A stretch of DNA of 64,000 nucleotides from Patescibacteria group bacterium (GCA_041664445.1 JBAYKT010000007.1:4360-68359); one strand, 5' to 3'; positions 8,552-18,366 are shown, counted from the first letter of the stretch. The notes: generated by a model from the sequence alone, not told the origin. Translations and numbers: made by a program.

Positions 8552-9661
8552 TTATTTTTTAACTTTTTTAACTTTATCATTATTATCTTTAAGCTCCTTA
8601 TCTTCAGCCTCCGGCACCTCGCAAAATTCTAACTGATAAATATGGAATACCGAGGCGGCAAGCGCGATAATGAGCGGGCCCAAAACCACTCCCCAAAAAC
8701 CAAACAGTGTAATTCCACCTAAAATTGAAAGGAGAACAAAAATGGGATTAACTTCCGCCTTCCCCTTAATCATATAGGCGCGGATAATATTATCAATCGA
8801 GCCGATTACCAGTAACCCCCAAAGCAGAATAAAAGCTCCCTGCCAAATATCGCCTACTAACAAATAATAGACGCCAACGGGAATATAAAATATCATTGAG
8901 CCAAGATATGGAATCAGAGATAAAATAGCGATCAAGACGCCGGCTAAAAATGGCGGGAAACCGACAATTGCAAAGCCGATAGCCCCGACCGCCCCCTGAG
9001 CGATGGCCGTGACAAAAGTAGAAATAAAGGTCGTGTAGCTCACCGCACGAAATTTTTGAAAAATCTGAATATCGTATTTGTCTGGTAGCGGTGACAGCAA
9101 CATCAGCTTTTCCAACATCTTTTTGCCATCCACGAAGAAGAAAAACATCGTCAAGATTATCATTAAGAGCGAAATAATAAAATTGGTGGTTTCCTTAACG
9201 GCGATGGTCGCTCCGGAAATCAACCAATTGCTGGAACTTTTCACGACGCTTAAAACAGTATTTTTAAAAGTTTCATGATTCTGTGTAAAACTAATAATAT
9301 CAAAATTATCTAAAAAGCTATATCTAAAGGCTTCGGTTTTAAAAATATCATTAACATCATGATTATTAAAAAATTCCATCGTCTGTGAATAAGCGGTAAC
9401 CGATTTTTCGCCGGCATAAATGAAAGCTTTGACTACCGGAACAACAATCACCAACATTAAGAACAAACACATGAAAAGCGCCGCTAAATTACGTCGCCCC
9501 TTCAAGCTCTTAACTAAAAATTCATACGGACGATAAAATATGGAGACCAAAATTACCGCGACAAAAATCTCCGTTAAAAATGGCCGAAACACAAAATAAC
9601 AGCCGATTAAAACCAAAAACACCAAAATCAGCAGAAACGGTTTGGTTAAACTTTTTGACAT
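8552..9661 (-). CDS. AI-2E family transporter (PerM/UPF0118-like permease)
   Basis: Polytopic membrane protein with the typical AI-2E C-terminal half (PYLGSMIFYIPV, GLLVIGSIDNIIRAYMIKG, HPIFVLLSILGG-like). Start placed at the internal ATG (MSKSLTKPF...), not at the longest ORF. Confidence 0.75.
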   Translation of the reverse strand: MSKSLTKPFLLILVFLVLIGCYFVFRPFLTEIFVAVILVSIFYRPYEFLVKSLKGRRNLAALFMCLFLMLVIVVPVVKAFIYAGEKSVTAYSQTMEFFNNHDVNDIFKTEAFRYSFLDNFDIISFTQNHETFKNTVLSVVKSSSNWLISGATIAVKETTNFIISLLMIILTMFFFFVDGKKMLEKLMLLSPLPDKYDIQIFQKFRAVSYTTFISTFVTAIAQGAVGAIGFAIVGFPPFLAGVLIAILSLIPYLGSMIFYIPVGVYYLLVGDIWQGAFILLWGLLVIGSIDNIIRAYMIKGKAEVNPIFVLLSILGGITLFGFWGVVLGPLIIALAASVFHIYQLEFCEVPEAEDKELKDNNDKVKKVKK

Positions 9662-9724
9662 ATTGATGTTAATTTTTGGCCGCGCTCCGTAAAATCGGAG
9701 TGACAAGAAACGGACAAAAAATTA

Positions 9725-9880
9725 TTATTTAGTCTCTTTATGAATAGTATGCGCTTTGCACTTATTGCAGTACTTTTTCATTTCTAAGCGCTCTTTCAAG
9801 GTTTTTTTGTTTTTGTGAGAATGGTAGTTAGTAGTCTTACAAACGGTACATTCCAACTTGATCATGTTGTCTTGTGACAT
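9725..9880 (-). CDS. rpmG: 50S ribosomal protein L33
   Basis: 51 aa, [51 protein letters not shown]. Shows the L33 CxxC...CxxC pattern and the K-E-T-K end. Confidence 0.9.
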   Translation of the reverse strand: MSQDNMIKLECTVCKTTNYHSHKNKKTLKERLEMKKYCNKCKAHTIHKETK

Positions 9881-9958
9881 ATTTATTAGTTCATTATTCT
9901 TACCCCCTAACAATATATAAAAACTCGTTAAAAGTCAACTATCAACCCTTAAATTAGG

Positions 9959-10855
9959 CTATTTCTGGCAATAATCGCAATAATGGGTGCCTCGGCCGGC
10001 CAATTTAGTCTTAACAAGCGGGCGGCGGCATTTAGAGCAAGGCAGCTTCCCGCGCCCATAAACCTTAAGCAGACGCGAAAAATTCCCCTTCTTCCCGGCT
10101 GAATCCACATAATTATTAAAGGTCGTTCCCCGATTTACAATCGCTTTTTTAATAACTTTATTAATCTCTTGATAGAGTTTTTTTATCTCTACTAGTTTTA
10201 AGCTGGCGGCAATACGCATCGGCTTAATGCCGGCTAAAAACAAAGATTCGTCCACGTAAATATTTCCCAAACCGGCAATTATTTTTTGGTCTAATAAAAA
10301 GGCTTTAATATTCTTCTTTTTATTTTTTAACTTCGCGCCTAAATAAGTGGCCGAAAATTGAGCAGTAAGCGGTTCGGGTCCATAGCCAGCGGCAATTATT
10401 TTTTCTAGTTCCTGTTCATTTACAATTTTAAGATAACCAAACTTGCGCAGGTCATTAAAAAATAATTTTGTCCCACCGGTAAATTCAATAATCGCCCGCG
10501 TATATTTATTTGGCAGTTCCCCGCCCACAGAATCGGCAAAAGAATTTCCTCCCAAACTATGGCCGCCGCCAATTTTTTTGGCACCTTTTACTAGAATCAA
10601 CTGACCGGTCATTTTAAGATGAACCAAGAGATAATTTTGCGTTTTTTCAGATGCCTTGGGTTTAATTTTTAAAATCAATAATTTGCCGACACGAGCAATT
10701 TCCGTAATTTTATGGTCCTTTAAGGCCCCAACAAAAAAAGCCGCCTCATTCTTAGCGGTTTTTGCAAATAATAATTGAACAGCCGTAATTTCCGGTCCGA
10801 CAATACTCGCGGCCAAATCACGGCGGATAGTTTCCACTTCCGGAAGTTCTGGCAT
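9959..10855 (-). CDS. mutM: Formamidopyrimidine-DNA glycosylase
   Basis: N-terminal MPELPEVETIRR, H2TH region, and a C-terminal zinc finger CSKC...CDYC. Confidence 0.9.
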   Translation of the reverse strand: MPELPEVETIRRDLAASIVGPEITAVQLLFAKTAKNEAAFFVGALKDHKITEIARVGKLLILKIKPKASEKTQNYLLVHLKMTGQLILVKGAKKIGGGHSLGGNSFADSVGGELPNKYTRAIIEFTGGTKLFFNDLRKFGYLKIVNEQELEKIIAAGYGPEPLTAQFSATYLGAKLKNKKKNIKAFLLDQKIIAGLGNIYVDESLFLAGIKPMRIAASLKLVEIKKLYQEINKVIKKAIVNRGTTFNNYVDSAGKKGNFSRLLKVYGRGKLPCSKCRRPLVKTKLAGRGTHYCDYCQK

Positions 10856-10866
10856 AAAAATAAATT

Positions 10867-10971
10867 TTAAAAAGCAAGCAGGAGAATGATGACAATCACT
10901 AAAGACAAGAGTCCAATCGCGAACATCTTAGCTAAACCGACTCCGATTTTATCAGGATTAATGATTGCCAT
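10867..10971 (-). CDS. Possible 34-aa hydrophobic peptide upstream of mutM
   Basis: My own translation gives MAIINPDKIGVGLAKMFAIGLLSLVIVIILLLAF*. One TM helix. Stop lies 11 nt before the mutM start. No Shine-Dalgarno seen. Below the ORF-track size cutoff. Confidence 0.3.
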   Translation of the reverse strand: MAIINPDKIGVGLAKMFAIGLLSLVIVIILLLAF

Positions 10972-11173
10972 ATAAAAATATTATAGCTCTTTGAAAATAA
11001 AAAAGGAAGACTAATATTTGTAGATAGTCTTATTTTAGTATAATTTAAACCGCAAAAGCCATCTTTATAAATTTAAATAATTGACATAATAACAATATAT
11101 TGGTATTGTATAGGGTTACTTTTATTAAAAAACAATAATTGAACATTAACAAATAATTAAAGGAGGATATATC

Positions 11174-11905
11174 ATGGATACAAAAATCATTAGAGGCAAC
11201 CTTTTAGGCGCGCCAATTTCGGCAAATTATGTAAGCATAAATGACGCTGATATCGGGACATTATTAAAAACAGCCTCTGGCTTAGCAAAAACATTATTTG
11301 TGGTAGGCGCTGCTGCCGGAATCATTCAAACTCTTCTTCATATTTACGCTAATGTAGAGACGGAAGAGGAAAGCGAAGAAAAAAGAATAAAAAGAGAGGA
11401 AAACGAAAAAAAAGAAAAAGCAGAGCGAGAACTCATCCCATGGGGGACTTTAGTGCAAGTAGTAAGCTGGCGACCTAAAGGTCTAAGAAAAATAAACCGT
11501 AAATTTTGCGGCACTTGTCTAAACGAAACCGTTACTATCGCCTGTGATTCGCACAATCTAATTATCCCGATTAACCAAATTAGAGGATACCAGAACTCTA
11601 TAAAAGAGCCATTCAAATTATTTAGCCTGCGGCGGCATTTTTACCACGAAGCTAAAATTACTCTTTTTGACGGCTCTATTTACATGGGTAAGATAGAATC
11701 TCCGGAAAAATTTGATTTTTTAACGCCAATTGGTAATCAGTCTATTTTAATTAATGATTTTCTAACAGAAACCTGCATAAAAAACATCGTAGTTAAAGAT
11801 GTTGAATTGCTCAGAATTAATATGATTAAGTTCATTGAAGAAAATCATAAAAAATTAGAGGATTACCTCGGGAAGGAAAATCTTGAACATTTTTTTCTCA
11901 CTTAA
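11174..11905 (+). CDS. Hypothetical protein
   Basis: 243-aa ORF with a strong SD (AAAGGAGGA, 7 nt before the ATG). One hydrophobic segment followed by an E/K-rich stretch. No motif recognised. Confidence 0.6.
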   Translation: MDTKIIRGNLLGAPISANYVSINDADIGTLLKTASGLAKTLFVVGAAAGIIQTLLHIYANVETEEESEEKRIKREENEKKEKAERELIPWGTLVQVVSWRPKGLRKINRKFCGTCLNETVTIACDSHNLIIPINQIRGYQNSIKEPFKLFSLRRHFYHEAKITLFDGSIYMGKIESPEKFDFLTPIGNQSILINDFLTETCIKNIVVKDVELLRINMIKFIEENHKKLEDYLGKENLEHFFLT

Positions 11906-11960
11906 CAAAACAAGCAAACAAAAAAGGCCTAACAACAGATAGGTCTTTTTTATTTAAATG

Positions 11961-12044
11961 TGGGCCGAGTAGGATTCGAACCTACGAAGGCACAAGGCCA
12001 GCAGATTTACAGTCTGCCCCAGTTGACCGCTTTGGTATCGACCC
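11961..12044 (-). tRNA. tRNA-Tyr (anticodon GTA), long variable arm
   Basis: Reverse complement GGGTCGA...GCAGA-CTGTAAA-TCTGC, variable arm GGC-CTTGT-GCC, T arm GTAGG-TTCGAAT-CCTAC, acceptor TCGGCCC-A. Confidence 0.85.
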
Positions 12045-12103
12045 GTTTATATTTGTTCTTATGATAAATAAAATATTTCTTTCTGTCAAACCATAAGAAA
12101 CAA

Positions 12104-12469
12104 CTACTTTTTAATGCCCTCAATGAGAACACGGACCAAACCGTAAGCGGAAAAAATAATGGCTAAACCGATGGCTGACCAAACAATTGTATCTCGGCCT
12201 TTCTTAACTTTATCGGCGCTACCGGAAGAAGTCATCCAGGTTATACCGCCATAGACAAACATTAATAAAGCAATAGAACCAACCACACCCAAAACCGTGT
12301 TAATAATCTTACCAATCAGCGCCTGAGGAGTATCAATGGAACCGAGAGGGTTGCATAAAGCAGTGCCGCCAGCAGGGCAAGTAGGCGTATTATCGGCTAA
12401 AACTGGGATAGCAACTAACATCGAAACGGTAATAATGCCAAGAGAAAGAAAAGATAATATTTTTTTCAT
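12104..12469 (-). CDS. TrbC/VirB2-like (T4SS-pilin-type) small secreted membrane protein
   Basis: Signal peptide (…AIPVLA/DN), a Cys pair, then two TM helices flanking YGGITWMTSSGSADKVKKGRDTIVWSAIGL. This architecture and motif are typical of the T4SS pilin-like family abundant in CPR genomes. Confidence 0.6.
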   Translation of the reverse strand: MKKILSFLSLGIITVSMLVAIPVLADNTPTCPAGGTALCNPLGSIDTPQALIGKIINTVLGVVGSIALLMFVYGGITWMTSSGSADKVKKGRDTIVWSAIGLAIIFSAYGLVRVLIEGIKK

Positions 12470-12561
12470 ATTTTTTATATATATTTAAATAATAACATTT
12501 TTGGATAAAAAAAAGAAGGGGTTACGACATTTATTGTCATTTCCCCTTCAAGCACATCCTT

Positions 12562-13320
12562 TTAATTAACCACCATTTTGACAGTAACTAATTCTGTGGA
12601 TTTTAATTTAAATCTTGGAGTCTCATAATATGGAGACTGGGTCTGGATACTTGGAGCATCATGAATTACTTTCCCGTCAGCAAATGCAATATCATAGCCA
12701 TTACTTGTTTGCGATGCTAATAAATATTTATTGCACTGCTGAGCACTAACTACACGTATAGTAAAAGGGGTTTCTCCTTTTACATCAATGTAATAAGTGC
12801 CTTTAGTAAAGACAGAATCTTTTGCCATACTAATTGATTTGGCTGTTTCTGGTTTAGTTGACGCCTGAAAAGTGATTGGTTTTTCTTTAACCTTTTGAGG
12901 GTAAAAAAGATTGTCAATACTATCCATCATTGCTTTGGCCTCTTCAACCTTTCCCTGTTTAAGAAGAACTGCGTATTTGCCAAGCAAATTATTTTTCTGC
13001 CGATTTTTCTCGGCTTCCAGAATTAAATCAGCTTTGACCTGTACAGAATCAACTGTTTTACCGATAAATAAATCGGTTTTCAAGGTTGCCCAAGGACTTT
13101 TGCTGGCCGTAATCGGTAAATAACTAGTGAATACTGCCCAACCAATAATCGCTACTGCGGGAATGTACAGCAAGCGGCTGTATTTTTCCGCGAACCAAAT
13201 AAAATTGATAACCAGAACTGTTGCCCAAACACTCCAATTAAAAACTAAATGGCACAGGATACCAATAACCACGGAAGCGATCATCAATTTCCAATACGAC
13301 AATTTTAATATTTCTTTCAT
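12562..13320 (-). CDS. Membrane-anchored hypothetical protein
   Basis: 252-aa ORF with 3 N-terminal TM helices and a soluble C-terminal domain. No motif recognised. Confidence 0.55.
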   Translation of the reverse strand: MKEILKLSYWKLMIASVVIGILCHLVFNWSVWATVLVINFIWFAEKYSRLLYIPAVAIIGWAVFTSYLPITASKSPWATLKTDLFIGKTVDSVQVKADLILEAEKNRQKNNLLGKYAVLLKQGKVEEAKAMMDSIDNLFYPQKVKEKPITFQASTKPETAKSISMAKDSVFTKGTYYIDVKGETPFTIRVVSAQQCNKYLLASQTSNGYDIAFADGKVIHDAPSIQTQSPYYETPRFKLKSTELVTVKMVVN

Positions 13321-13373
13321 GTTTTTATCCCGTCCTTACTTTACTCGGACAAGGTCTCTTTTTTTGTTTTTAA

Positions 13374-14741
13374 TTAACTACGAAATATCGCCCTAAAAAT
13401 TGCGGGCACAAATTCCACTATAGCATCGCTCGCTAAATGAACCGGAAACTCATTCCACATAGTATCCTTGTGAGCATGACTAGAAGCCGGGGTTGCGTCA
13501 GAGGAAGACGAGGATGAAGAAATGTTGGCCTTGTTTCGAGCTACTGAGTAAGCACCCGACCAAGTAACTAAACGCTCAAACCAAGGGTCTCCAGCTTGAG
13601 CATATTCCCTATCCATTAAACGTTCGACAACAATGCCAAACTCTTCAGCAATTTCCTCGCGTAAAGATAGCGGACCATAAATTAGAAGAATTAAAGTTAA
13701 AATAACTGCAATCTTCCAGATTAAATGATGCCAATGGCCAGGAACTTCGGTCGGCATAATTTGCGGGGTCAGAATTTTGTTATTGGCGATAGCTTTATCA
13801 CCAAAAACACTCTTCCAAGCCCTTTTATACCAAGGCTTAGGAGTTTCAGCAGGCTTAGCTTTTTCAAATGATTCAGCGGCATTAATACTAGTATAAGCAT
13901 CGGTCATCACTCTATTATAGACAAGTTCTTGTTTAGAGAACCCGTCATCATTCCGAAACCAACCTTGATTAAATAATGGTTGGCCGATACCGATAGCAAT
14001 AGACCAAATCCAGAAAAAAGCGACCATGCACATCAGAATAAAGGCACGCCCATTGTTAGTCCTAAAAAACCAGTCTAATGTCCACAAAGCCGGACCGCCT
14101 ATTCGAGGTGAACGTCGATGAATTTTCAGACGCGCGTGATCTTCAATTCCGCTAACAATCGCTTGGAGAGGAAATTCTTCTCCGGCAGCAATCACTCGCG
14201 GAACATCAAATACGGCAATACCCCTGTCATTAGTTTTCCTTAAATAGCGTCGACCATCAAAGATGATATCAACATTAACCGGCAAACCATAGCCCTGAGC
14301 CTTAATAACTCTAATAAAAATGCGGAAATTGCCCGCTCCATCGTGAGTGCGAATCAAAACAATTTTTTGAGGATCGTTTTTTGAAGAAGCAGCTTTTTCT
14401 TTTTCTGGTATTTCTACCGTAAGTAGAGATTTCTCGTTAGAATCTTTCATAAAGACTTCAAGCGTGAAAACCTGTTTTTTGTCCGTCTGAGTATATGGAA
14501 TTTTATATTCCAAGAACCCAATAATGTCAGTGTCAGTTTGCGCAACTTGTTTATAGTTGCTATGGATTATAACGTTCAGGGCGCACGGTGTGCCATCCTT
14601 ACTAGTCCTGATTCTTAAATTGATGTTTGAAGCATCAACAAAAGATGTTACATCTAAGCCAAATTTGGGCGTCGATGACTTTACTGGTTTAGGGGTTCCT
14701 GTTCCGGGACCACCGCCAGCGCCTGTACCTGTAGTTGCCAT
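13374..14741 (-). CDS. Hypothetical membrane protein with N-terminal beta-rich domains
   Basis: 455-aa ORF with an SD (AAAGGAGA) 7 nt upstream. Gly-rich N-terminus, central TM segments (FILMCMVAFFWIWSIAIGIG; IWKIAVILTLILLIYGPL), Ser-run near the C-terminus. Confidence 0.6.
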   Translation of the reverse strand: MATTGTGAGGGPGTGTPKPVKSSTPKFGLDVTSFVDASNINLRIRTSKDGTPCALNVIIHSNYKQVAQTDTDIIGFLEYKIPYTQTDKKQVFTLEVFMKDSNEKSLLTVEIPEKEKAASSKNDPQKIVLIRTHDGAGNFRIFIRVIKAQGYGLPVNVDIIFDGRRYLRKTNDRGIAVFDVPRVIAAGEEFPLQAIVSGIEDHARLKIHRRSPRIGGPALWTLDWFFRTNNGRAFILMCMVAFFWIWSIAIGIGQPLFNQGWFRNDDGFSKQELVYNRVMTDAYTSINAAESFEKAKPAETPKPWYKRAWKSVFGDKAIANNKILTPQIMPTEVPGHWHHLIWKIAVILTLILLIYGPLSLREEIAEEFGIVVERLMDREYAQAGDPWFERLVTWSGAYSVARNKANISSSSSSSDATPASSHAHKDTMWNEFPVHLASDAIVEFVPAIFRAIFRS

Positions 14742-14843
14742 GTTTTAATCTCCTTTTTACTTTAGTTTATACTGTTTTTATTTAATATTTTATTGTCAAC
14801 GAACAATAATTGCCATACACTCCTAGCTCTCATTGTTGAAAGA

Positions 14844-14872
14844 ATTATATCATATTTTTACAAGTTTGTCAA
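14844..14872 (-). promoter_or_regulatory. Consensus sigma70-type promoter (TTGACA-17 nt-TATAAT)
   Basis: The minus strand reads TTGACA aacttgtaaaaatatga TATAAT, a perfect match to both hexamers at optimal spacing. It lies about 100 nt upstream of the ATG at 14741. Confidence 0.6.
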
Positions 14873-14950
14873 TAAATGACAAGGCCTAAACATAAAAAAT
14901 GGCTAATATTAAAAAAATAAGGGGATATTATAAATCCCCTTTTTCCAATT

Positions 14951-15643
14951 TTAACTGTTAACCGCTTGCCCATTAAAATAAATGAGACATTTTCCAGTCT
15001 TAATGGCAAATTTTTTAAATGATTCCAATAATTTCGCTCTTATATTTATTGATTCTTTAAGTGCTTCTAAATAACTAGAAACGCTCAAGTCATAAATTAT
15101 AAAAAAATAGAAATTATCCAAATCATCAACAGAAGCGACGCTGCCCTCGCTCCTTTTGTGTACAATCTTTTTAAAACTCGGCTCAAAATTCAAAAGCTTA
15201 ACAATCACTTCTTCTGTCAAGACGCTAACAGAAAAAAATCCCTCAGACCATATCTCTGTATGAAATTCCCATACATCAGGTGGCTTAGAGGCTTCATCAT
15301 TTTGTTTATCTTCTGATGGAAAAAGATTGTCCCAACCAAAAACATCTGCCATAGAGTGGGCTAAATGGTTAATCCCAAATGTAGATAATTTTCTGTCAGT
15401 TTTGAATAAGAATCTAGCTCTTAACACAAGGGCCTTATCAATGTCATCGAAAATTGACTGCTGTTTTTTGTTAAATTTAATTATTCTTTTCAAACTGATA
15501 AGAGCCTGTTTAGCGGATAAAATATTCGCACTAGAAGAGTCGTTAATTTCCTCATACAAAACCGGCAATCTCTCTGATGTAGAATCAAAATCTCCTTTTT
15601 TGATATCAATCATCAATTTCTGCAATTCATCTAAATCAATCAT
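14951..15643 (-). CDS. Hypothetical acidic protein
   Basis: 230-aa ORF with no TM helix and no motif recognised. Confidence 0.5.
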   Translation of the reverse strand: MIDLDELQKLMIDIKKGDFDSTSERLPVLYEEINDSSSANILSAKQALISLKRIIKFNKKQQSIFDDIDKALVLRARFLFKTDRKLSTFGINHLAHSMADVFGWDNLFPSEDKQNDEASKPPDVWEFHTEIWSEGFFSVSVLTEEVIVKLLNFEPSFKKIVHKRSEGSVASVDDLDNFYFFIIYDLSVSSYLEALKESINIRAKLLESFKKFAIKTGKCLIYFNGQAVNS

Positions 15644-15753
15644 GTCGATAATTTTTTATTGTTAAAATACTGGGTTAAATTACTAAAATCTATTTATATT
15701 ACCATATTTATTCATAGACGTCAACTATTAATCATTAAACAACCTCACAAAAA

Positions 15754-15779
15754 ACAACCCCTTTCGGGGTTGTTTTTTT
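15754..15779. terminator. Bidirectional rho-independent terminator (downstream of tRNA-Thr)
   Basis: ACAACCCC (15754-15761) pairs with GGGGTTGT (15766-15773), loop TTTC, with an A-run on one side and a T-run on the other. Confidence 0.7.
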
Positions 15780-15783
15780 CTGA

Positions 15784-15856
15784 GCCGTTGACCGGGATTG
15801 AACCGGTGACCTTCTCCTTACCATGGAGATGCTCTACCAGCTGAGCTACAACGGCA
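15784..15856 (-). tRNA. tRNA-Thr (anticodon GGT)
   Basis: Reverse complement GCCGTTG-TA-GCTC-AGCTGGTA-GAGC-A-TCTCC-ATGGTAA-GGAGA-AGGTC-ACCGG-TTCAATC-CCGGT-CAACGGC-T. Confidence 0.9.
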
Positions 15857-15863
15857 CTCCTAA

Positions 15864-16727
15864 TTACATATTATTTATCTCTTCCCTCAACTCTTCCAAT
15901 TTCTGATTTTCGGGGTTAGCGGCGGCTAATTTTTCAAAATATCTCAGCGCCGATTCCTTATCTTTCCTTATTATACTTAAATCCAAAATTAAATCAAGAT
16001 AACGCGGGCTGCTCGCCTCAAACTCTAAAGCTTCCAAGACATTATCAAAGGCGGCATCGTAATGCCCGGCTAATTTTTCCAGCCAAGCCAAGGAAAAATA
16101 AATTTCCGGCAAACTTAAATCACCCAACATTTTTAAATCATCTTTAAACTGCTTTGCCAATTTTAAGGCATACTCATAAGTCTGGCGCGCTTCTGGGAAT
16201 TTCTTTAATTCTTCATAAATGCCTCCCAGCTTAAAAAAAGCCCCTAAATTTTTCTGATCCAGACTGATAACTTCCACCAGCTTCTCTTCCGCTTCATTAA
16301 ATTTTTCTTTCTTAATTAAATCTTCGGCCGCTGATAATAATTCTTTAATTTGTTTTTGTTTTTCCGGCCAAGGAATTTTAGAACTAACTTTATAACTGAG
16401 TTTCATCTTCTTCAAATTAATATGAGCGGCTTTTAAGGCTTTGGATAAACTAGAATTAATAAACAGAAAAATCCGCCCGAAAAATCCGCCCCATTTTGCC
16501 AGGTCTCTTTCCACGCGCGCCTTAATGATAGTATTTTTAAATTTAGCCTCTTTTTCTCCGGGCAAATTATTAACGTCTAAAATCGCCAAAGCCGGAAACT
16601 TTTTGATAACAATGGCGAGGATAACCGCCACCGAAATTAAAACCAAAATAATAGAAATAATAGTAAGCATGGGTTTAGAGTTTAACGATTGAAGCAAATT
16701 CTTGGACATTGAGACTAGCGCTGCCAA
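15864..16727 (-). CDS. TPR-repeat protein with N-terminal TM anchor
   Basis: TM helix LTIISIILVLISVAVILAIVI followed by TPR-like helical repeats (FNEAEEKLVEVISLDQKN, ARQTYEYALKLA, YDAAFDNVLEALEFE). Start uncertain: the longest ORF overlaps tpiA by 53 nt, and an ATG at 16670 would remove the overlap. Confidence 0.65.
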   Translation of the reverse strand: MAALVSMSKNLLQSLNSKPMLTIISIILVLISVAVILAIVIKKFPALAILDVNNLPGEKEAKFKNTIIKARVERDLAKWGGFFGRIFLFINSSLSKALKAAHINLKKMKLSYKVSSKIPWPEKQKQIKELLSAAEDLIKKEKFNEAEEKLVEVISLDQKNLGAFFKLGGIYEELKKFPEARQTYEYALKLAKQFKDDLKMLGDLSLPEIYFSLAWLEKLAGHYDAAFDNVLEALEFEASSPRYLDLILDLSIIRKDKESALRYFEKLAAANPENQKLEELREEINNM

Positions 16728-17406
16728 TCAGCAAACCATCAATATTTTTTTCTTGTAAAAATTGCGCCGCATTGCCGCCATTAACACTGCCGCCATAAAC
16801 GATTCTTATTTTTTTGCCCAAAATCTTAGCAACTTCGGCTTTCAAGAAAATATGAATTGCTTCCGCTTCTAGCGGAATTATCGGCTCACCGGTGCCAATC
16901 GCCCATAATGGTTCGTAAGCGATAATAATTCCGGAAGAATTTTTAATATTTACATCTTTTAAAGCGCCCTTAACTTGAGCTAATAAAACTTTTTTAGTTT
17001 GTCCGAGCTCTCTTTCATTTAAAGTTTCGCCCACGCAAATGATGGGAATTAATTTAGCTGCCAGGGCCGCTTTTATCTTGGCATTTATCAAATCAGAGTC
17101 TTCTTTCAGAATTAAGCGTCGTTCGCTGTGACCGACAATCACATATTTTACTCCCAATTCATTTAAAGTTTCCGGTGAAGTTTCGCCCGTTAAAGCACCG
17201 CGATTTTTAAGGGCGCAATTTTGAGCACCTAACAACAAATCGCCACCCCGTAAAATATCGACAACCGGTGCAATCGCCAAAAACCCCGGGCAAATAACCG
17301 TATCGTTTTTAGGATTTTTAATTTTTTTCTTCAATTCTTTAGCTAAAATCAAGCTATCTTTAAAGCTTAATTGCATCTTCCAGTTGGCAATAATAATTTT
17401 TTTCAT
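16675..17406 (-). CDS. tpiA: Triosephosphate isomerase
   Basis: IIANWKM (catalytic Lys), GHSERR (His) and AYEPLWAIGTG (Glu) are all present. Start placed at MKKIIIANWKM. Confidence 0.9.
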   Translation of the reverse strand: MKKIIIANWKMQLSFKDSLILAKELKKKIKNPKNDTVICPGFLAIAPVVDILRGGDLLLGAQNCALKNRGALTGETSPETLNELGVKYVIVGHSERRLILKEDSDLINAKIKAALAAKLIPIICVGETLNERELGQTKKVLLAQVKGALKDVNIKNSSGIIIAYEPLWAIGTGEPIIPLEAEAIHIFLKAEVAKILGKKIRIVYGGSVNGGNAAQFLQEKNIDGLLIGSASLNVQEFASIVKL

Positions 17407-17407
17407 A

Positions 17408-18337
17408 TTATTTGCGCTTATTATTTTTAGCCCAATCAATTGTTAGTTTAATTCCGCTCGTCAAATCAATTTTCGGTTCCCAATTTAAAACATCCTTGGC
17501 TCGCTGATGACTCAAACAGCTCCTTCTCTGCTCTCCGGCCTTAGCGGGTTCTTCTTTGATCTTAATTTTTTCGCCCAAGGCGGCTTCGATTCCGGAAATA
17601 ATATCCAACAAACTTGATTCTTGGCTGGTGCTAATATTTATTTCACCTCGACAATCAATTTCCTTGGCCGCACTCAAAGCCTCAACGACATCGGGTGCGC
17701 AAACAAAATCGCGTGTTTGCAGGCCATCACCAAACATTTTACTCTCTAATCCTTTAACCGCGTTATCAATAAAAATAGCAATTACCCCGGCTTCCCCGCC
17801 CTTAAATTGACGTGGGCCATAGACATTGGCAAAACGCAAAATTGTATAATTTAAACCGTAAACCTGATAATAATAATTTAAATATTTTTCAAAAGTTAAT
17901 TTATTGATTCCGTAAGGCGAAAGCGGATAGGTTGGTGCGTATTCGGTTGTCGGAATTTCTTCGGCTTCGCCATAAATCGCGCCGCCAGTGGAAGAAAAAA
18001 TAATTTTTTTGACTTTTTGTAGACGGCAATTTTCTAAAATATTTAAAGCACCGACAACATTAATATCATTATCAAGTTGCGGATTCGCTACGGAAACGCG
18101 CACATCAATTTGCGCCGCCAAATGATAAACAAAATCAAACTGTTCACGCTTAAAAATCTTGGCAATTTTAGCGGAACGAATATCTAATTTATATAACTTT
18201 GCTTTATTATTAACGTAATCTTTGCGTCCGGAAGATAAATTATCAAGCACAACTAGCTCATGTCCTTCGGAAATGAGTTTATCAACTAAATTAGAACCGA
18301 TAAAGCCGGCGCCGCCGGTCACAAGGATTTTAGCCAT
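17408..18337 (-). CDS. NAD-dependent epimerase/dehydratase (UDP-glucose 4-epimerase-like SDR)
   Basis: VTGGAGFIGSNLV Rossmann motif, catalytic Y-x3-K (SPYGINK), 309 aa. Confidence 0.85.
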   Translation of the reverse strand: MAKILVTGGAGFIGSNLVDKLISEGHELVVLDNLSSGRKDYVNNKAKLYKLDIRSAKIAKIFKREQFDFVYHLAAQIDVRVSVANPQLDNDINVVGALNILENCRLQKVKKIIFSSTGGAIYGEAEEIPTTEYAPTYPLSPYGINKLTFEKYLNYYYQVYGLNYTILRFANVYGPRQFKGGEAGVIAIFIDNAVKGLESKMFGDGLQTRDFVCAPDVVEALSAAKEIDCRGEINISTSQESSLLDIISGIEAALGEKIKIKEEPAKAGEQRRSCLSHQRAKDVLNWEPKIDLTSGIKLTIDWAKNNKRK

Positions 18338-18366
18338 ATAAAAACATCATAACACGATTTTTTGAT

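Noticed and set aside
15659-15844. 61-aa plus-strand ORF
   Set aside because: It runs through a terminator hairpin and the tRNA-Thr gene on the opposite strand, so it is not a credible CDS.
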